Assembly (NCBI GenBank): GCA_003135135.1
Contig: PLDK01000030.1
Location: 2,006 to 66,005 of the forward strand
DNA length: 64,000 nt
Origin: Deltaproteobacteria bacterium
Lineage (GTDB): Bacteria > Desulfobacterota > Binatia > Binatales > Binataceae
Reading direction: 5' to 3'
Part shown: one piece after another, positions 47,656-59,342 of the stretch
Layout of the letters: each line of letters opens with the position of its first letter
Position numbering within the stretch: position 1 is the first letter of the stretch
Made by a program: the position numbers and the translations under genes
Notes under the pieces: generated by a model
Databases searched by the model: none
Told to the model about the DNA's origin: nothing
The model's input: the letters and a program-made list of their open reading frames with translations, nothing else

Positions 47656-48429
47656 ATGAAGCTGCAAAAGATGCTCACGCTGGGCGTGGTGACGGCCGCG
47701 CTGTTCGCGCTGTGTCATCTTGCGGTCGCGCAGGCGCAGGACTCGCAAACGGGCTCCCAGAGCGGCGGGAATTCCGCCAATCCTGGAACTGTGGGGCAGG
47801 GCGGCAGCGACGCGACGCTCGAGATAGCTCCGCAGCCCGGCTTGGCGGCGCCGAAACCCGGCGTTCAGGAAATCCCCGGTGGCCGGAATTTTAATCCGGG
47901 CGAGAACAACGCGTCGATCGAACCCAACTTCCGCCCGAAAACAGAGAACGGCACCGGCGATAGCAACCGGCCGCATTCGCGGCCCTACCTCGGCATCACC
48001 GTGCAATACACGACGGAGTGCTACCTCGGAATGGAGGAGCATGGGCTCGAGGTGCTGACCGTCGATCCCAACAGTCCGGCCGCGCAAGCAGGTCTGCAGG
48101 CGCGCTCCGGAATGAGCGCGGTCGGCGCGGCGGTATCCACGCTGACGGGAATACTGCCCGGCGGCTCAATCCTGGCGAATAAGGCGCTGAGCAGTTCGGG
48201 AGCGATGGGCCATGGGGGAGATCTGATTGTCGCGGTTGACGATCGGCGCGTGCGCGATCAGAGCGATCTGGAAAACGCGATGGCGCGGCTCAAGCCGGGA
48301 GACACGATGTACCTGACGATAATCAGGCCGGAAGGTAACTCGCACAAGACAATCAAAATCGCGGTGCGAGTCGGCGCGGTGGGCGAGCCAATCGCGAATG
48401 CGGCGCCGACGGGCGGCAACGGGCACTAG
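47656..48429 (+). CDS. exported PDZ-domain protein
   Basis: Signal peptide; PYLGI, SPAAQAGL, GDLIVAVD; no protease domain. Confidence 0.75.
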   Translation: MKLQKMLTLGVVTAALFALCHLAVAQAQDSQTGSQSGGNSANPGTVGQGGSDATLEIAPQPGLAAPKPGVQEIPGGRNFNPGENNASIEPNFRPKTENGTGDSNRPHSRPYLGITVQYTTECYLGMEEHGLEVLTVDPNSPAAQAGLQARSGMSAVGAAVSTLTGILPGGSILANKALSSSGAMGHGGDLIVAVDDRRVRDQSDLENAMARLKPGDTMYLTIIRPEGNSHKTIKIAVRVGAVGEPIANAAPTGGNGH

Positions 48430-48681
48430 CAGGGGGCCAGCCCCTGCACCCGAGTCAGGAGGATGCGGCCGGGTTTTTGCTTGAGAACTCATCCGCGTTA
48501 AGGGTCGGTGCGCGTTCAAAGCAAAATCCAGATCCTGATTTCATTTCAAGATTGTTACTTCGCCACGGCGACGCGCGTTCGCGCGCGATTTTCTGCTATC
48601 ATTTTTGTGACGCCAGCGGCATGTGCGCTCCTCGCGCGCATCGCCGCAAGGCGAATTTTTGCGTATTTGGATCGAAAAGAC

Positions 48682-51600
48682 TTGCAACGCAGCCTCAAAG
48701 AAGCGGCCGGCGAACTCGAAGCGCGGCTCGCGGCAAATACCGAACGTAGATTCCCCGTGATGGGACTGCGCGGCGCGGCCGGCGCGCTGATGATTCGCGA
48801 GATGGGAATCCGGCTGCGGCGTCCAATCGTCGCGGTCACGTCAACGCCGTCGGAAGCCGAGGCGCTGGCGGGGGAGGTTGCGTTTTTTCTCGGTGAGGCG
48901 CCGGACGCGGATGCCGCCACCCGCCGGGTGCATCTGATCCGCTCATGGGAAGTGAAACCGATGGCGCAATTGTCGCCACCGACCGACGCGCAGGCGTCGC
49001 AACTGGCGGCGCTGTTCGCGATGCTTCGGCATGAGTCGCCGCTGGTCGTCACGTCGGCCGAAGCGCTGATGACGCGCACGATTCCGCGCACGGTCTTCAA
49101 CGAATCGATCGTTAAAGTGGCGATTGGCGATTCTCTGGATCTCGAGGCTCTGGTCGAGGCGCTCGTGGGGTGCGGCTATCAGCGCGTGCCGCAGAGCGAA
49201 GAGGCGGGAGACTTCAGCGTGCGCGGCGGGATCGTCGATGCGTTCTCGCCATTGTACCGCGACCCGATTCGCATCGAGCTCGAAGACGACCTGATCACCT
49301 CGATTAGGCATTTTGACGCCGACACCCAGCGCTCGGGCGGCGAACTGCTCGAGGCGACGATAACGCGCACTCGCTACGTGCCGCCGACTTCCTTGAAGGA
49401 CCCGAAGCTGCGCGAGCAGGTCACGTTGCGGGCCGCGGAAATCGGCATGGTGCGCAAGGAGGCCGCGGAACTGGCCGAGGCGCTCGAGAACGGGCTGCTG
49501 TTTCCGGGCGCGGAACTGCTGATGCCGTACGCGTACGGACGCGCGCTCGACAGCGTGTTCGATTACATGCCGGCGGGCGCGTTGCTGTGGCTGGTCGATC
49601 CGGGGCGCATTCTCGCCGAGGCGCATCGCTTCGCCGATACCGTATCCGTCGAGACGGCAGCGGCGGCGCGCAAGCCCGCATTTCATCCTGCGCCGGATTC
49701 GCTGTTCATCGGGGCGGACGCGTTCGAACGCGCGCTCGGAAACTTCACCGCCGTCGAGGTCGGCTCGCTGGTGACGATGGCCGCGCCGCGTGAGGGATGG
49801 GCGGTGCCGGTTGAGGTCAGATCGCAGGCCAGTTTGCGGCTGGGATCGAACCAACTGAGCGGATTGCGGACGCCGCCGAGCTTCGAGCCGCTGGCGACGG
49901 AACTGCGCGAAGTCCAGCGCGGGCAGGGACGTTCGCTGATGATCGTTGACGGCCCCCATCAGGTGGCGCGCCTGCGCCGTCATCTGGAGGCGTGGGACCT
50001 CGAAGTCAACGTCGAATGCAAAAGTCTGTCGGCACTGCTGGAATGGCCGGACTACCGCCCCGCGATCATGGAAGGGGAGATTTCCGCCGGCGTCGTTTTG
50101 CAGGCCGACGGTCTTTACATCTACAGCGAAGAGGAAATTTTCGGCGAGCCGCGAGCGCATCGGCGCAGGCGCCCGAGCGCCAAGGGCGCGCTGCTCAATC
50201 TTGAAGAGCTGAAGCCCGACGATTTCGTCGTGCATATCGATCACGGCATCGCGAAGTACCGCGGCCTGCGGCACATGAAGGTCGCCGACGTCGAAGGCGA
50301 CTTTCTGAATCTCGAATACTCGGGCAACGACACCATGTACGTGCCGGTCGAGCGGATAAATCTCGTTCAACGATACATCGGCGGCGACGGCGCGGAACCC
50401 AAGCTCGACAAGCTGGGCAGCGGCTCGTGGGAGAAGGTAAAGCGGCGCACCAGGCAGGCGGTGCTCGCGATGGCGGCAGAGCTGCTCGATGTGTACGCGG
50501 CGCGGGAAGTGATGGAGGGGCACGCGTATCCGCCACCGGGCGCGGACTACGAGGAGTTCGCGGCGCGCTTCGAGTTCGAGGAGACGCCCGACCAGCAGGC
50601 GGCGATCGACGACGTCATCCGCGACATGACGCGCGCCAAGCCGATGGATCGGCTGATCTGCGGCGACGCCGGCTTCGGCAAAACTGAAGTCGCGCTGCGT
50701 GCCGCGTTCATCGCCGTGATGGACGGCCGGCAAGTCGCCGTGCTGGTGCCAACGACGATCCTCGCCGAGCAGCACTGGAATACCTTTCGCGAGCGCTTCA
50801 AGGATTATCCGGTTCGGGTCGAGATGGTCTCGCGGTTTCGCAGTCACAAGGAAAATCGGGCCGTGATCGACGAGGCCGGCCGCGGCAAAGTCGACATCAT
50901 CATCGGGACCCATCGGCTGCTCTCGAGCGACGTTCAGTTCCCGCGCCTGGGCTTGCTGGTGATCGACGAGGAGCACCGATTCGGCGTGGTGGACAAGGAG
51001 CGAATCAAGAAGCTCAAGAAGTTGGTGCCGGTGTTGACGATGACCGCGACGCCGATTCCGCGCACGCTGCACATGGCGATGCTCGGCATCCGCGATCTCT
51101 CCGTGATTCAGACACCGCCGCCGGACCGCCAGGCGATTCGCACCTTCGTCGCGCATTTCGACGACGCCACCATCCGCGATTCAATCCTGCGCGAGTTGAA
51201 CCGTGGCGGCCAGGTTTTCTTCGTTCACAATCGCGTCGAGAATATCGACTACATGGCCAGTCATCTGCGCTCGCTGGTGCCCGAGGCCAAGACCGCAATC
51301 GCGCACGGCCAGATGAAGGAGCGGCAGCTCGAGGACGTGATGCGCGACTTTATCGAAAAGCGGGTCAACGTGCTGGTCTGCAGCGCTATCATCGAATCGG
51401 GCCTGGATATTCCCAACGCGAATACGATGATCATCAATCGCGCCGATCATTTCGGTCTCGCGCAGTTATACCAGTTGCGCGGCCGGGTCGGCCGTTCGCG
51501 CCAAAAAGCGTACGCATACCTGCTGATTCCCGGCGAACACATCATCACGCGCGACGCCAAGCGGCGAATCGATGCGCTCCGTGAACTGGTCGAGTCCGAG

Positions 51601-52257
51601 AGCGGCGGCGGCTTCAAGCTCGCGATGGCTGACCTCGAGCATCGCGGCGCCGGCAACCTGCTCGGCCATGAGCAACACGGACAGATCGCGGCGGTCGGGT
51701 TCGAGCTCTATACCGAGATGATGGAAGAGGCGATTGCCGAACTGCGCGGCCAGCCCAATCGCCCCGACTTCGAGCCCGAGCTTCGAATCGCAGTGCCCGC
51801 GTACATCCCCGAGGCTTACGTCTCCGACGAGAACGAGCGGTTGGTGCTCTATCGGCGGCTCGCGCGTGCGCAGCGCGAGGAGGAGCTCGGCGAGATTCGC
51901 GACGAGATGCGCGATCGGTTCGGCCCGGTGCCGACGCTGATCGAAAATTTGATCGCGGCGATGAATGTCCGGCGCCAGATGAAACAGCTGATGATCCTGA
52001 GCGCGATTCTCAAGGGCTCGCAGCTCGAGGTCAGATTTCATCCCGATGCGCCGGTGGAAACCGCACGGCTGGTGAAGCTCGCGGAGCAGAATCGGCGTAC
52101 GATGCGGCTGACGCCGTCGTACCAGGTGATCGCGCGAATCGAACCCGGAGAATACGAGCAGCTGTTTGCGCAACTCGACGGCGTCTTGCAGGCCTTGGCG
52201 GGCTGTGAAAAGTTGGAAAACTGGACGACCGCGAAAGTCGGGCCGGCCCTCAACTAG
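48682..52257 (+). CDS. mfd: transcription-repair coupling factor Mfd
   Basis: FSVRGGIVD, VVHIDHG, GDAGFGKTE, DEEH, QLRGRVGR; start uncertain. Confidence 0.97.
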   Translation: MQRSLKEAAGELEARLAANTERRFPVMGLRGAAGALMIREMGIRLRRPIVAVTSTPSEAEALAGEVAFFLGEAPDADAATRRVHLIRSWEVKPMAQLSPPTDAQASQLAALFAMLRHESPLVVTSAEALMTRTIPRTVFNESIVKVAIGDSLDLEALVEALVGCGYQRVPQSEEAGDFSVRGGIVDAFSPLYRDPIRIELEDDLITSIRHFDADTQRSGGELLEATITRTRYVPPTSLKDPKLREQVTLRAAEIGMVRKEAAELAEALENGLLFPGAELLMPYAYGRALDSVFDYMPAGALLWLVDPGRILAEAHRFADTVSVETAAAARKPAFHPAPDSLFIGADAFERALGNFTAVEVGSLVTMAAPREGWAVPVEVRSQASLRLGSNQLSGLRTPPSFEPLATELREVQRGQGRSLMIVDGPHQVARLRRHLEAWDLEVNVECKSLSALLEWPDYRPAIMEGEISAGVVLQADGLYIYSEEEIFGEPRAHRRRRPSAKGALLNLEELKPDDFVVHIDHGIAKYRGLRHMKVADVEGDFLNLEYSGNDTMYVPVERINLVQRYIGGDGAEPKLDKLGSGSWEKVKRRTRQAVLAMAAELLDVYAAREVMEGHAYPPPGADYEEFAARFEFEETPDQQAAIDDVIRDMTRAKPMDRLICGDAGFGKTEVALRAAFIAVMDGRQVAVLVPTTILAEQHWNTFRERFKDYPVRVEMVSRFRSHKENRAVIDEAGRGKVDIIIGTHRLLSSDVQFPRLGLLVIDEEHRFGVVDKERIKKLKKLVPVLTMTATPIPRTLHMAMLGIRDLSVIQTPPPDRQAIRTFVAHFDDATIRDSILRELNRGGQVFFVHNRVENIDYMASHLRSLVPEAKTAIAHGQMKERQLEDVMRDFIEKRVNVLVCSAIIESGLDIPNANTMIINRADHFGLAQLYQLRGRVGRSRQKAYAYLLIPGEHIITRDAKRRIDALRELVESESGGGFKLAMADLEHRGAGNLLGHEQHGQIAAVGFELYTEMMEEAIAELRGQPNRPDFEPELRIAVPAYIPEAYVSDENERLVLYRRLARAQREEELGEIRDEMRDRFGPVPTLIENLIAAMNVRRQMKQLMILSAILKGSQLEVRFHPDAPVETARLVKLAEQNRRTMRLTPSYQVIARIEPGEYEQLFAQLDGVLQALAGCEKLENWTTAKVGPALN

Positions 52258-52261
52258 ACTA

Positions 52262-53488
52262 ATGCAGAATAGAAGATTGTCCCCGCGTGCCGCCGCGCGA
52301 TGCACCCGCGGCGGTGCCGACGCGGCGATGGCGTTGGTGGCGTCGCTGGGAATTGTCCTGGCGGGCGCGGTTTCGGGTTGCTCGATGGATCTCCTCAAAC
52401 CCGGCGCTTTCGATATGTTCAAACAGCCGGCTGCTTCTTCCACAGTGACGGCGTCATCGGGGCCGGCGTTACCGGGGACCGGCAACCCGTCCCGGGCGGC
52501 GAAAGCGGCGCCAACCCCGGTCGTCGGGACGCAAACCGACGAAACGCCGCCACCTCCGCCAGCGCCGGTTGCCTCGGATGAGCCGCCGGAACCGAGCACG
52601 CCGGCGTTGGATCGGGTTGTCGCCAGCGTTGATGGCGATCCGATCACGATGCGGGAGGTCAAAGATTTTGCGGCGCAGCGCGGCCAGCCGATCGAGACCG
52701 ACGATTTCGCTTCTTCGGACGCCGCCAAGGTCGTGGTGAAGGAGTTGATCGGGGAGAAATTGCTCGAACAAGAAGTGAAAAAGTACGATGACAGGGTCGA
52801 TGACGCTCAGATCGACAAGTACATCCAGCAGTTGCGGCAGGACAAACACATGAGCGATGTGGAATTCCGCGCGCAACTGCAGGCGAGCGGGATAAGCTAT
52901 GACGATTTGCGCAAGCGGGCGCGCCTCGATATCGAAAAAGCAATGATGATCGAGCAGGAAGTCCGCGCGAAAATCGACGTGCCCGACGCCGACATCAAGG
53001 CCTACTACGATGCCCACAAGGGAGACTTCACGATTACCAAGGAGCGGCTTAAGCTCGCGCAGATTCTGATCGCGCTGCCGCCCAACCCGACCGCCGCGCA
53101 AGTTTCCGCCGCGCAAAAGAAAGCCGACATGATTCGCGCGCGCGCTGCCAAGGGCGACGACTTCGGCGATCTTGCGCGCGTGTATTCGGACGACGAATCA
53201 AAGTCCAACGGCGGCGAACTGGGATGGTTCGCGCCGTCCGACGTCATGGACCAGATTCTGGTCGCGGTAAAGTCGCTCAAGCCCGGCGAAATTTCGGCGC
53301 CGATTCGCACCAGTCACGGCATTCATATCGTCAAGCTCGAGGAACACGAAGTGCCGGGCGTGCAGCCGCTGAACGACGTCAAAACGTTGATTCGCGCTCA
53401 GCTGGTCGATCAGCAATCCGGCGCGCAGCTCCAGAAGTGGGTTGACTCCGATCTCGTCAAGCAGCATTACGTCGAGACCATGTATTAG
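52262..53488 (+). CDS. surA: SurA-like peptidyl-prolyl isomerase lipoprotein
   Basis: VSGC lipobox, DRVVASVDG, FGDLARVYSDD, GGELGW, GIHIVK; between mfd and pdxA. Confidence 0.85.
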   Translation: MQNRRLSPRAAARCTRGGADAAMALVASLGIVLAGAVSGCSMDLLKPGAFDMFKQPAASSTVTASSGPALPGTGNPSRAAKAAPTPVVGTQTDETPPPPPAPVASDEPPEPSTPALDRVVASVDGDPITMREVKDFAAQRGQPIETDDFASSDAAKVVVKELIGEKLLEQEVKKYDDRVDDAQIDKYIQQLRQDKHMSDVEFRAQLQASGISYDDLRKRARLDIEKAMMIEQEVRAKIDVPDADIKAYYDAHKGDFTITKERLKLAQILIALPPNPTAAQVSAAQKKADMIRARAAKGDDFGDLARVYSDDESKSNGGELGWFAPSDVMDQILVAVKSLKPGEISAPIRTSHGIHIVKLEEHEVPGVQPLNDVKTLIRAQLVDQQSGAQLQKWVDSDLVKQHYVETMY

Positions 53489-54538
53489 ATGATGACGGCG
53501 CTCAGACGAAAGACGCCGCCGCTGTTGGCGATCAGCATGGGCGATCCGGCGGGCGTCGGGCCCGAGGTGATCCTCAAGGCGGCAGCGGCGCTCGCCAGCC
53601 GCCGTGGTGCGCCGTCGATTGCGGTAGTTGGCGATTTGTCCGCGATGCGCGCGGCCGCCGCCCGCCTGAGCGACGTGCCGGCTCCATCCCAATGGCATCC
53701 TGGTCAGCCGCCGATTCGTCTGGCCAAAGGACTCGGCGTATTTTCCATATCGAGTTTGCCGGCGCGCGCAATTCGCCCGGGGCATCCCACGGTCGAGGGC
53801 GGCGGCGCCGCGTATGACTACATCGTAACCGGCGCGCGGATGGCGATGAGTGGCGACGCCGGCGCGTTGGTCACCGCGCCGATCAGCAAGGATTGGATGA
53901 ACCGCGCGGGGCATCATTTTCCCGGCCATTCGGAACTGCTTGCGCATCTGGCGCGAACCCGGCTGTGGCGCATGATGTTCGTGGCCGGCGAGCTGACGGT
54001 GGTGCTGGTAACCGCGCATATGGGATTTGCGAAAGTGGCGTCCGCACTGACGCAGCGCAATGTCCTGGACACGATTGGCCTGCTCTGCGCGCACTTGCGC
54101 GGCGCGCTCGGCGTTGCACGGCCGCGAATCGCGGTGCTCGGATTGAATCCTCACGCGGGTGAGGGCGGGATGTTCGGTGATGAGGAAATCCGCGTGATCG
54201 CCCCGGCGATTCGACGCGCGCAGCGCGACGGCATCGACGCGTACGGCCCGCTCGCACCCGACACCGCGTTCATCCGCACGGCGGGTTCGTTTAACTTCGA
54301 CGCCGCGGTTGCGATGTACCACGACCAGGGCTTGATTGCGGTCAAGACGCTGGAGTTTGATCGTGCGGTCAACGTCACGCTCGGATTGCCGTTCGTCCGC
54401 ACCTCGCCCGACCACGGAACGGCGTTCGACATAGCAGGGAAGGGAATTGCAAATCCGTCGAGCATGATTGCCGCGATCGAATATGCGTGGCGGGCCGCGG
54501 CGGGGCGCGGAAAGGCCGGGCGGCGGGCGTCGGCGTAA
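53489..54538 (+). CDS. pdxA: 4-hydroxythreonine-4-phosphate dehydrogenase
   Basis: [37 protein letters not shown]. Confidence 0.95.
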   Translation: MMTALRRKTPPLLAISMGDPAGVGPEVILKAAAALASRRGAPSIAVVGDLSAMRAAAARLSDVPAPSQWHPGQPPIRLAKGLGVFSISSLPARAIRPGHPTVEGGGAAYDYIVTGARMAMSGDAGALVTAPISKDWMNRAGHHFPGHSELLAHLARTRLWRMMFVAGELTVVLVTAHMGFAKVASALTQRNVLDTIGLLCAHLRGALGVARPRIAVLGLNPHAGEGGMFGDEEIRVIAPAIRRAQRDGIDAYGPLAPDTAFIRTAGSFNFDAAVAMYHDQGLIAVKTLEFDRAVNVTLGLPFVRTSPDHGTAFDIAGKGIANPSSMIAAIEYAWRAAAGRGKAGRRASA

Positions 54539-54544
54539 GCAACG

Positions 54545-57379
54545 ATGGCCGATCGAATCGTCATCAAGGGCGCGCGCGAGCACAATCTCAAGAACATCGA
54601 TCTCGAGATTCCGCGCGATCGGCTGGTAGTGATCACCGGACTCTCGGGCTCGGGAAAATCGTCGCTTGCCTTCGACACGATTTACGCCGAGGGTCAGCGG
54701 CGCTACGTCGAATCGCTGTCGGCCTACGCGCGCCAGTTCCTCGAACAGATGGAAAAGCCCGACGTCGATTCGATCGAGGGATTGTCGCCCGCAATCTCGA
54801 TCGAGCAGAAGACCACCTCGCGCAATCCGCGCTCGACGGTGGCCACTATCACCGAAATCTACGACTACCTGCGCCTGCTCTTCGCGCGGGTGGGACACGC
54901 GTTCTGCTACAACTGCCGCCGCGAAATCACCCAGCAGAGCGTGCAGCAGATCGTTGACCGAATCATGGGATGGCCCGACGGGGCGAGGATTCACGTCCTC
55001 GCGCCGATTGTCCGCGATCGCAAGGGCGAGTATCGCAAGGAATTGTCCGAGATGAAGCGCGCGGGTTTCGTGCGCGTGAAGATCGACGGCAAGCTCTACG
55101 AACTCGGCGAGGAGCCGGCGCTGAACAAGAACCAGCGCCACACCATCGAAGTGATGGTCGATCGGCTCGCGATCCGCAAGGGAATCGAGAAGCGCCTGTC
55201 GGACTCGCTTGAAGTTGCCTTCAAGTACGGGCAGGACCTGCTCAAGGTCGAGCGCCTGGACGGGCCCAACAACGAGAGCGAGATCTATTTCAGCCAGCGC
55301 TTCGCGTGCGTCGATTGCGGAATCTCGTATCCGGAAATCGAGCCCCGGATGTTCTCGTTCAACAGCCCCCACGGCGCCTGCGTGGAATGCTCGGGGATCG
55401 GATCGATCATGTATTTCGATCCCGAACTGGTCGTGCAAAACGAGGACTTGAGCATCTCCGATGGCGCGATCGCTCCGTGGGCGACGATGAACTATCTGCA
55501 GCCGGTGCTCGACGCGCTCGCCAGGCATTACAAGTTCAGCCTCGATCAGCCGTGGAAGGAAATTCCGGCCAAGGTGCGCAAGGCGATCATGCAGGGCTCG
55601 GGGAGCGAGGAGATCGAGTTCGCCTACCAGCGCGGGCATCATCGCGCCGAGTACTCGAAAACGTTCGAGGGTGTGCTGCAGTGGCTGGATCGGCGCTACA
55701 AGGAAACCGAGTCCGAAGGCGTGCGCGAGTTCCTCGAGGCGTACATGAACATGCGGCCGTGTCCGACCTGCAACGGCGCGCGGCTCAAGAAGGAAAGCCT
55801 GTACGTCCGCTTCAACGGCAAGTCGATTTCGGAAGTGACTGCGATGTCGATCAAGCAGGCGCTCGCGTTCTTCGCCGCGCCCAAGCTGAGCGCGCAGGAA
55901 GCTGAAATCGCGAAACTCATTTTGAAGGAAATTCGCGAGCGGCTGAATTTTCTCGCCGGCGTCGGACTCGAGTACCTGACGCTCGATCGCCCCTCGGGAA
56001 GTCTCTCCGGCGGCGAGGGCCAACGCATCCGTCTCGCCACTCAAATCGGATCGAGCCTCGTCGGCGTGCTTTACATCCTCGACGAGCCGTCGATCGGACT
56101 TCATCAGCGTGACAATCAGCGCCTGCTGGCGACGCTCAAACGCCTCAAGGAACTCGGCAACACCGTGCTGGTGGTCGAGCACGATCGCGAGACGATGCTC
56201 GAGGCCGATCATCTGATCGACATGGGACCGGGCGCCGGAATTCACGGCGGCTACGTCGTCGCGCAAGGCACTCCCGAGGAAGTGATGCGCGATGAAAACT
56301 CGCTCACCGGCAAGTATCTTTCGGGACAAGTCGAGATTCCCGTGCCGTCCCGGCGCCGCAAGCTCTCGAACCGATGGCTGACCATTAAAGGCGCGCATGA
56401 GAACAATCTGCGCGATCTCACTGTCGCGATTCCGCTCGGCGTCTTCACCTGCGTCACCGGCGTTTCGGGTTCCGGCAAATCGACGCTCGTGCTCGACACC
56501 ATCTATCGCGCGCTCTCGCAGAAACTGAATCACAGCCGCGAACGTGCCGGCGCGTACAAGACGCTCGACGGCGTCGAGCATCTCGACAAGGTTATTCACG
56601 TCGATCAAAGTCCGATTGGGCGCACGCCGCGCTCGAATCCCGCGACCTACACCGGCCTGTTCACCCATATCCGCGAGCTGTTTGCGCAATTGCCGGAGGC
56701 GCGCATGCGCGGTTACGGGCCGGGGCGATTTTCGTTCAACATCAAGGGCGGACGATGCGAAGCGTGCGAAGGCGACGGCATCATTCGGATCGAGATGCAC
56801 TTTCTGCCGGACGTCTACGTTACCTGCGAGGTCTGCGCAGGCAAGCGCTACAATCGCGACACCCTGGAAATTCAATACAAGGGCAAGAATATTGCCGAGG
56901 TTCTCAACATGACCGTGCTCGACGCGGTCGAATTCCTCGGCTCAGTTCCGCCGATTCGCCAGAAGCTTGAAACGCTGCGCGACGTTGGCCTCGATTACAT
57001 TCATCTCGGTCAGTCCGCGACCACCCTGTCGGGGGGCGAGGCGCAGCGCATCAAGCTGGCCAAGGAACTCGCGCGTCGCGCGACCGGCCGCACATTTTAT
57101 ATCCTCGATGAGCCGACGACCGGACTGCATTTCGACGACATCAAAAAGCTGCTCGGTGTGCTCGGCCGTCTCGCCGACGCGGGCAACACCATCGTCGTGA
57201 TCGAGCACAACCTCGACGTTATCAAGACTGCCGACTACCTGATCGATCTCGGGCCCGAAGGCGGCGATCGCGGCGGCAATGTAGTCGCAAAAGGCACGCC
57301 CGAAGAAGTCGCCGGCGTGAAGGCGTCGTACACCGCCGGATTTCTGCGCCAGGCGCTCAACCATCGCGCCGCCGCATAG
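54545..57379 (+). CDS. uvrA: excinuclease ABC subunit A
   Basis: GAREHNLKN, two ABC modules, LSGGE motifs, zinc fingers. Confidence 0.98.
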   Translation: MADRIVIKGAREHNLKNIDLEIPRDRLVVITGLSGSGKSSLAFDTIYAEGQRRYVESLSAYARQFLEQMEKPDVDSIEGLSPAISIEQKTTSRNPRSTVATITEIYDYLRLLFARVGHAFCYNCRREITQQSVQQIVDRIMGWPDGARIHVLAPIVRDRKGEYRKELSEMKRAGFVRVKIDGKLYELGEEPALNKNQRHTIEVMVDRLAIRKGIEKRLSDSLEVAFKYGQDLLKVERLDGPNNESEIYFSQRFACVDCGISYPEIEPRMFSFNSPHGACVECSGIGSIMYFDPELVVQNEDLSISDGAIAPWATMNYLQPVLDALARHYKFSLDQPWKEIPAKVRKAIMQGSGSEEIEFAYQRGHHRAEYSKTFEGVLQWLDRRYKETESEGVREFLEAYMNMRPCPTCNGARLKKESLYVRFNGKSISEVTAMSIKQALAFFAAPKLSAQEAEIAKLILKEIRERLNFLAGVGLEYLTLDRPSGSLSGGEGQRIRLATQIGSSLVGVLYILDEPSIGLHQRDNQRLLATLKRLKELGNTVLVVEHDRETMLEADHLIDMGPGAGIHGGYVVAQGTPEEVMRDENSLTGKYLSGQVEIPVPSRRRKLSNRWLTIKGAHENNLRDLTVAIPLGVFTCVTGVSGSGKSTLVLDTIYRALSQKLNHSRERAGAYKTLDGVEHLDKVIHVDQSPIGRTPRSNPATYTGLFTHIRELFAQLPEARMRGYGPGRFSFNIKGGRCEACEGDGIIRIEMHFLPDVYVTCEVCAGKRYNRDTLEIQYKGKNIAEVLNMTVLDAVEFLGSVPPIRQKLETLRDVGLDYIHLGQSATTLSGGEAQRIKLAKELARRATGRTFYILDEPTTGLHFDDIKKLLGVLGRLADAGNTIVVIEHNLDVIKTADYLIDLGPEGGDRGGNVVAKGTPEEVAGVKASYTAGFLRQALNHRAAA

Positions 57380-57388
57380 CCCGCGCTT

Positions 57389-57919
57389 TCATGATTCCGT
57401 CGCGGCCGCACCGTCGTAGATGATCCGTCCGTCCGCGACGCGCGCGAATGGCGCGAGCGCGTGCGCCGACAATTTCCCGGTCGGCATGATGTGCTCGACC
57501 GTCCAATCGCGAATCACAAGATTGTCCGAGATGATTCGCCGATGGCATCGCCACCATAATCCTTCGGAACACATGTACGCGGTTCGCGCGCCCGCGGCGG
57601 CTTGCGTCAGTTCGCGCATGCCATCTTCGAAATCCGCGCTCTCCGTATAGTCCGCGTACGATCGGAACGCAGGATGCTCCCATGCGGTATGCGGCGAGTC
57701 GTCGCGCTTCGAATGACGTCTGCCGCCGAGCCGCTTGATCCATCGATACTCGATTCCCGCGCGCTCGAGCGACGTGGAAAGTTCTGCCTGGTTGAATTGC
57801 GGCCATCGTTTTGAGCTTGGGAACGATCGCACGTCGGCGACGATCGCGATGCGATGCTCGGCGAGCAATTCAAGCAAACGCTCGATCGGATGCGTCGAAT
57901 GTCCGATCGTGAAGATCAG
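57389..57919 (-). CDS. DUF488 family protein (probable CTG start)
   Basis: IFTIGHST upstream of the first canonical start; DVRSFP.S, LGGRR, MCSE..WWRCHR. Confidence 0.8.
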   Translation of the reverse strand: MIFTIGHSTHPIERLLELLAEHRIAIVADVRSFPSSKRWPQFNQAELSTSLERAGIEYRWIKRLGGRRHSKRDDSPHTAWEHPAFRSYADYTESADFEDGMRELTQAAAGARTAYMCSEGLWWRCHRRIISDNLVIRDWTVEHIMPTGKLSAHALAPFARVADGRIIYDGAAATES

Positions 57920-57947
57920 CGGGTGCGGATCCTGCTCGCTGACGGCC

Positions 57948-59342
57948 CTATTGCGCGCTGGCGGCGTCGGCGGCCTTCTCCATCTGCGAGGTTTTGATCT
58001 TCGCCTCGCTCTGGTTCGCGGCCGCGACGACGATCATCGAATCGGGGTGCAGATATTTTTTTGCAACCGCCAGTACTTCGTCCTTGGTGACCGATCCGAT
58101 CAGCTTCGGATACTGCTCCGCGTAGTCGAGCCCCAGGCCGTAAAACTCGACCTGCACCATGAAGGACGCGATCGCGCTCTGCCGCTCCAGCCCCAGCGGG
58201 AAGCTGCCGATCAGATACTTTTTCGCGCCATCCAGTTCGGCGTCGCTGACCGGTTTTTCCTGGATCTCGCGAAGCTGCTGCAGGATCAAGTCGATCGCCT
58301 GGTTCGAGCTCTGGTTCTTGGTTTGAAGGGTGATGGTGAACGCGCCCTGGAACTTGCCCGGCTCGAAGCTGCTGGCGACCGAATAGGCGAGCCCGTGCTG
58401 GCTGCGAACGACCTTCACCAGGCGCGAGGAAAATCCGCCGCCGCCCAGTATGTAGTTCATCACTTTCAGCCGGTAAAAATCGGGATTCGAACGCTCAACG
58501 CCGCCGGAGCCCATTATGATGTTGGCTTGCACGACGCTTCGATCGATCAGCTTCAAATGCAGACCCGGCGCGACCGTGATTGGCGGCGGTTGCGCTTGCG
58601 GCGCGACGGAACCGGAAAGGCCGGCCAGCTCTTTTTCAAGTGATACTTTAACTTCGTCGGCGGTCACATCGCCGGCCACCGCGATGATCGCGCTGCCAAG
58701 CTTGTAATTGTCGCGGTAGAAGCCGCGCACGTCGTCAACGCTAAGTTTGCCGGTCGATTCCGGCGAGCCTTCGCCCGGATGCCCATAGGGCGAGTCGCCG
58801 AACAAGTCTTTTGTGAATTCCACATCCGCGACGTAGCCCGGCTGTTCTTCCGCCGCTTTGATTTCCGCGACCTGCTCGGCGCGTTTGCGTTCGATATCGG
58901 CGTCGCGAAGTCCGGGCTCCGTCAGGATTCCCCCCAGCAGCTTGAGCGTATCGCCCTGGTACTTCTTCAGCGTCGTCATCCCGGCGGTCGAATAATCGCG
59001 GCCGGCCGACACCGCGACCGAACTGCCCATGAAATCGACTTTCTGATCGAACTCCGGCGCGGTGAGTTCCTTGGTGCCCTGCGAAAGGCATCGCGCCGTC
59101 AGCTCGGCCAACCCTTCCTTGCCCTTGGGATCGCGCCGCGTGCCCGCGTCAAACGCGATCATCATCGTCACCATCGGCAGTCGATGCTCTTCCGAGACGA
59201 CCAGCACCGCGCCGTTGCTGAGCGTCATCTGCTTGATCTCGAGTGCATGCGCCGGCGAGGCCGCGAAGACGAACGCCGCGATTGCCGCGGCGCCAACGAA
59301 AGCGAAAGCAAACATTTTCATCCGATCCGCCGCGCCGCTCAT
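57948..59342 (-). CDS. M16B peptidase, non-catalytic partner subunit
   Basis: M16 fold motifs, GLAELTA instead of HxxEH, LGGGGFSSRL, GLAY. Confidence 0.88.
   Translation of the reverse strand: MSGAADRMKMFAFAFVGAAAIAAFVFAASPAHALEIKQMTLSNGAVLVVSEEHRLPMVTMMIAFDAGTRRDPKGKEGLAELTARCLSQGTKELTAPEFDQKVDFMGSSVAVSAGRDYSTAGMTTLKKYQGDTLKLLGGILTEPGLRDADIERKRAEQVAEIKAAEEQPGYVADVEFTKDLFGDSPYGHPGEGSPESTGKLSVDDVRGFYRDNYKLGSAIIAVAGDVTADEVKVSLEKELAGLSGSVAPQAQPPPITVAPGLHLKLIDRSVVQANIIMGSGGVERSNPDFYRLKVMNYILGGGGFSSRLVKVVRSQHGLAYSVASSFEPGKFQGAFTITLQTKNQSSNQAIDLILQQLREIQEKPVSDAELDGAKKYLIGSFPLGLERQSAIASFMVQVEFYGLGLDYAEQYPKLIGSVTKDEVLAVAKKYLHPDSMIVVAAANQSEAKIKTSQMEKAADAASAQ

Noticed and set aside
48943-51156. 737-aa antisense ORF (also 60801-62558, 59243-60700 and many shorter ones)
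   Set aside because: Lie opposite well-supported genes, with Arg/Ala-rich composition and no recognisable motifs
53198-56875. 1225-aa minus-strand ORF
   Set aside because: Antisense shadow of surA/pdxA/uvrA with no motifs; typical of high-GC codon bias
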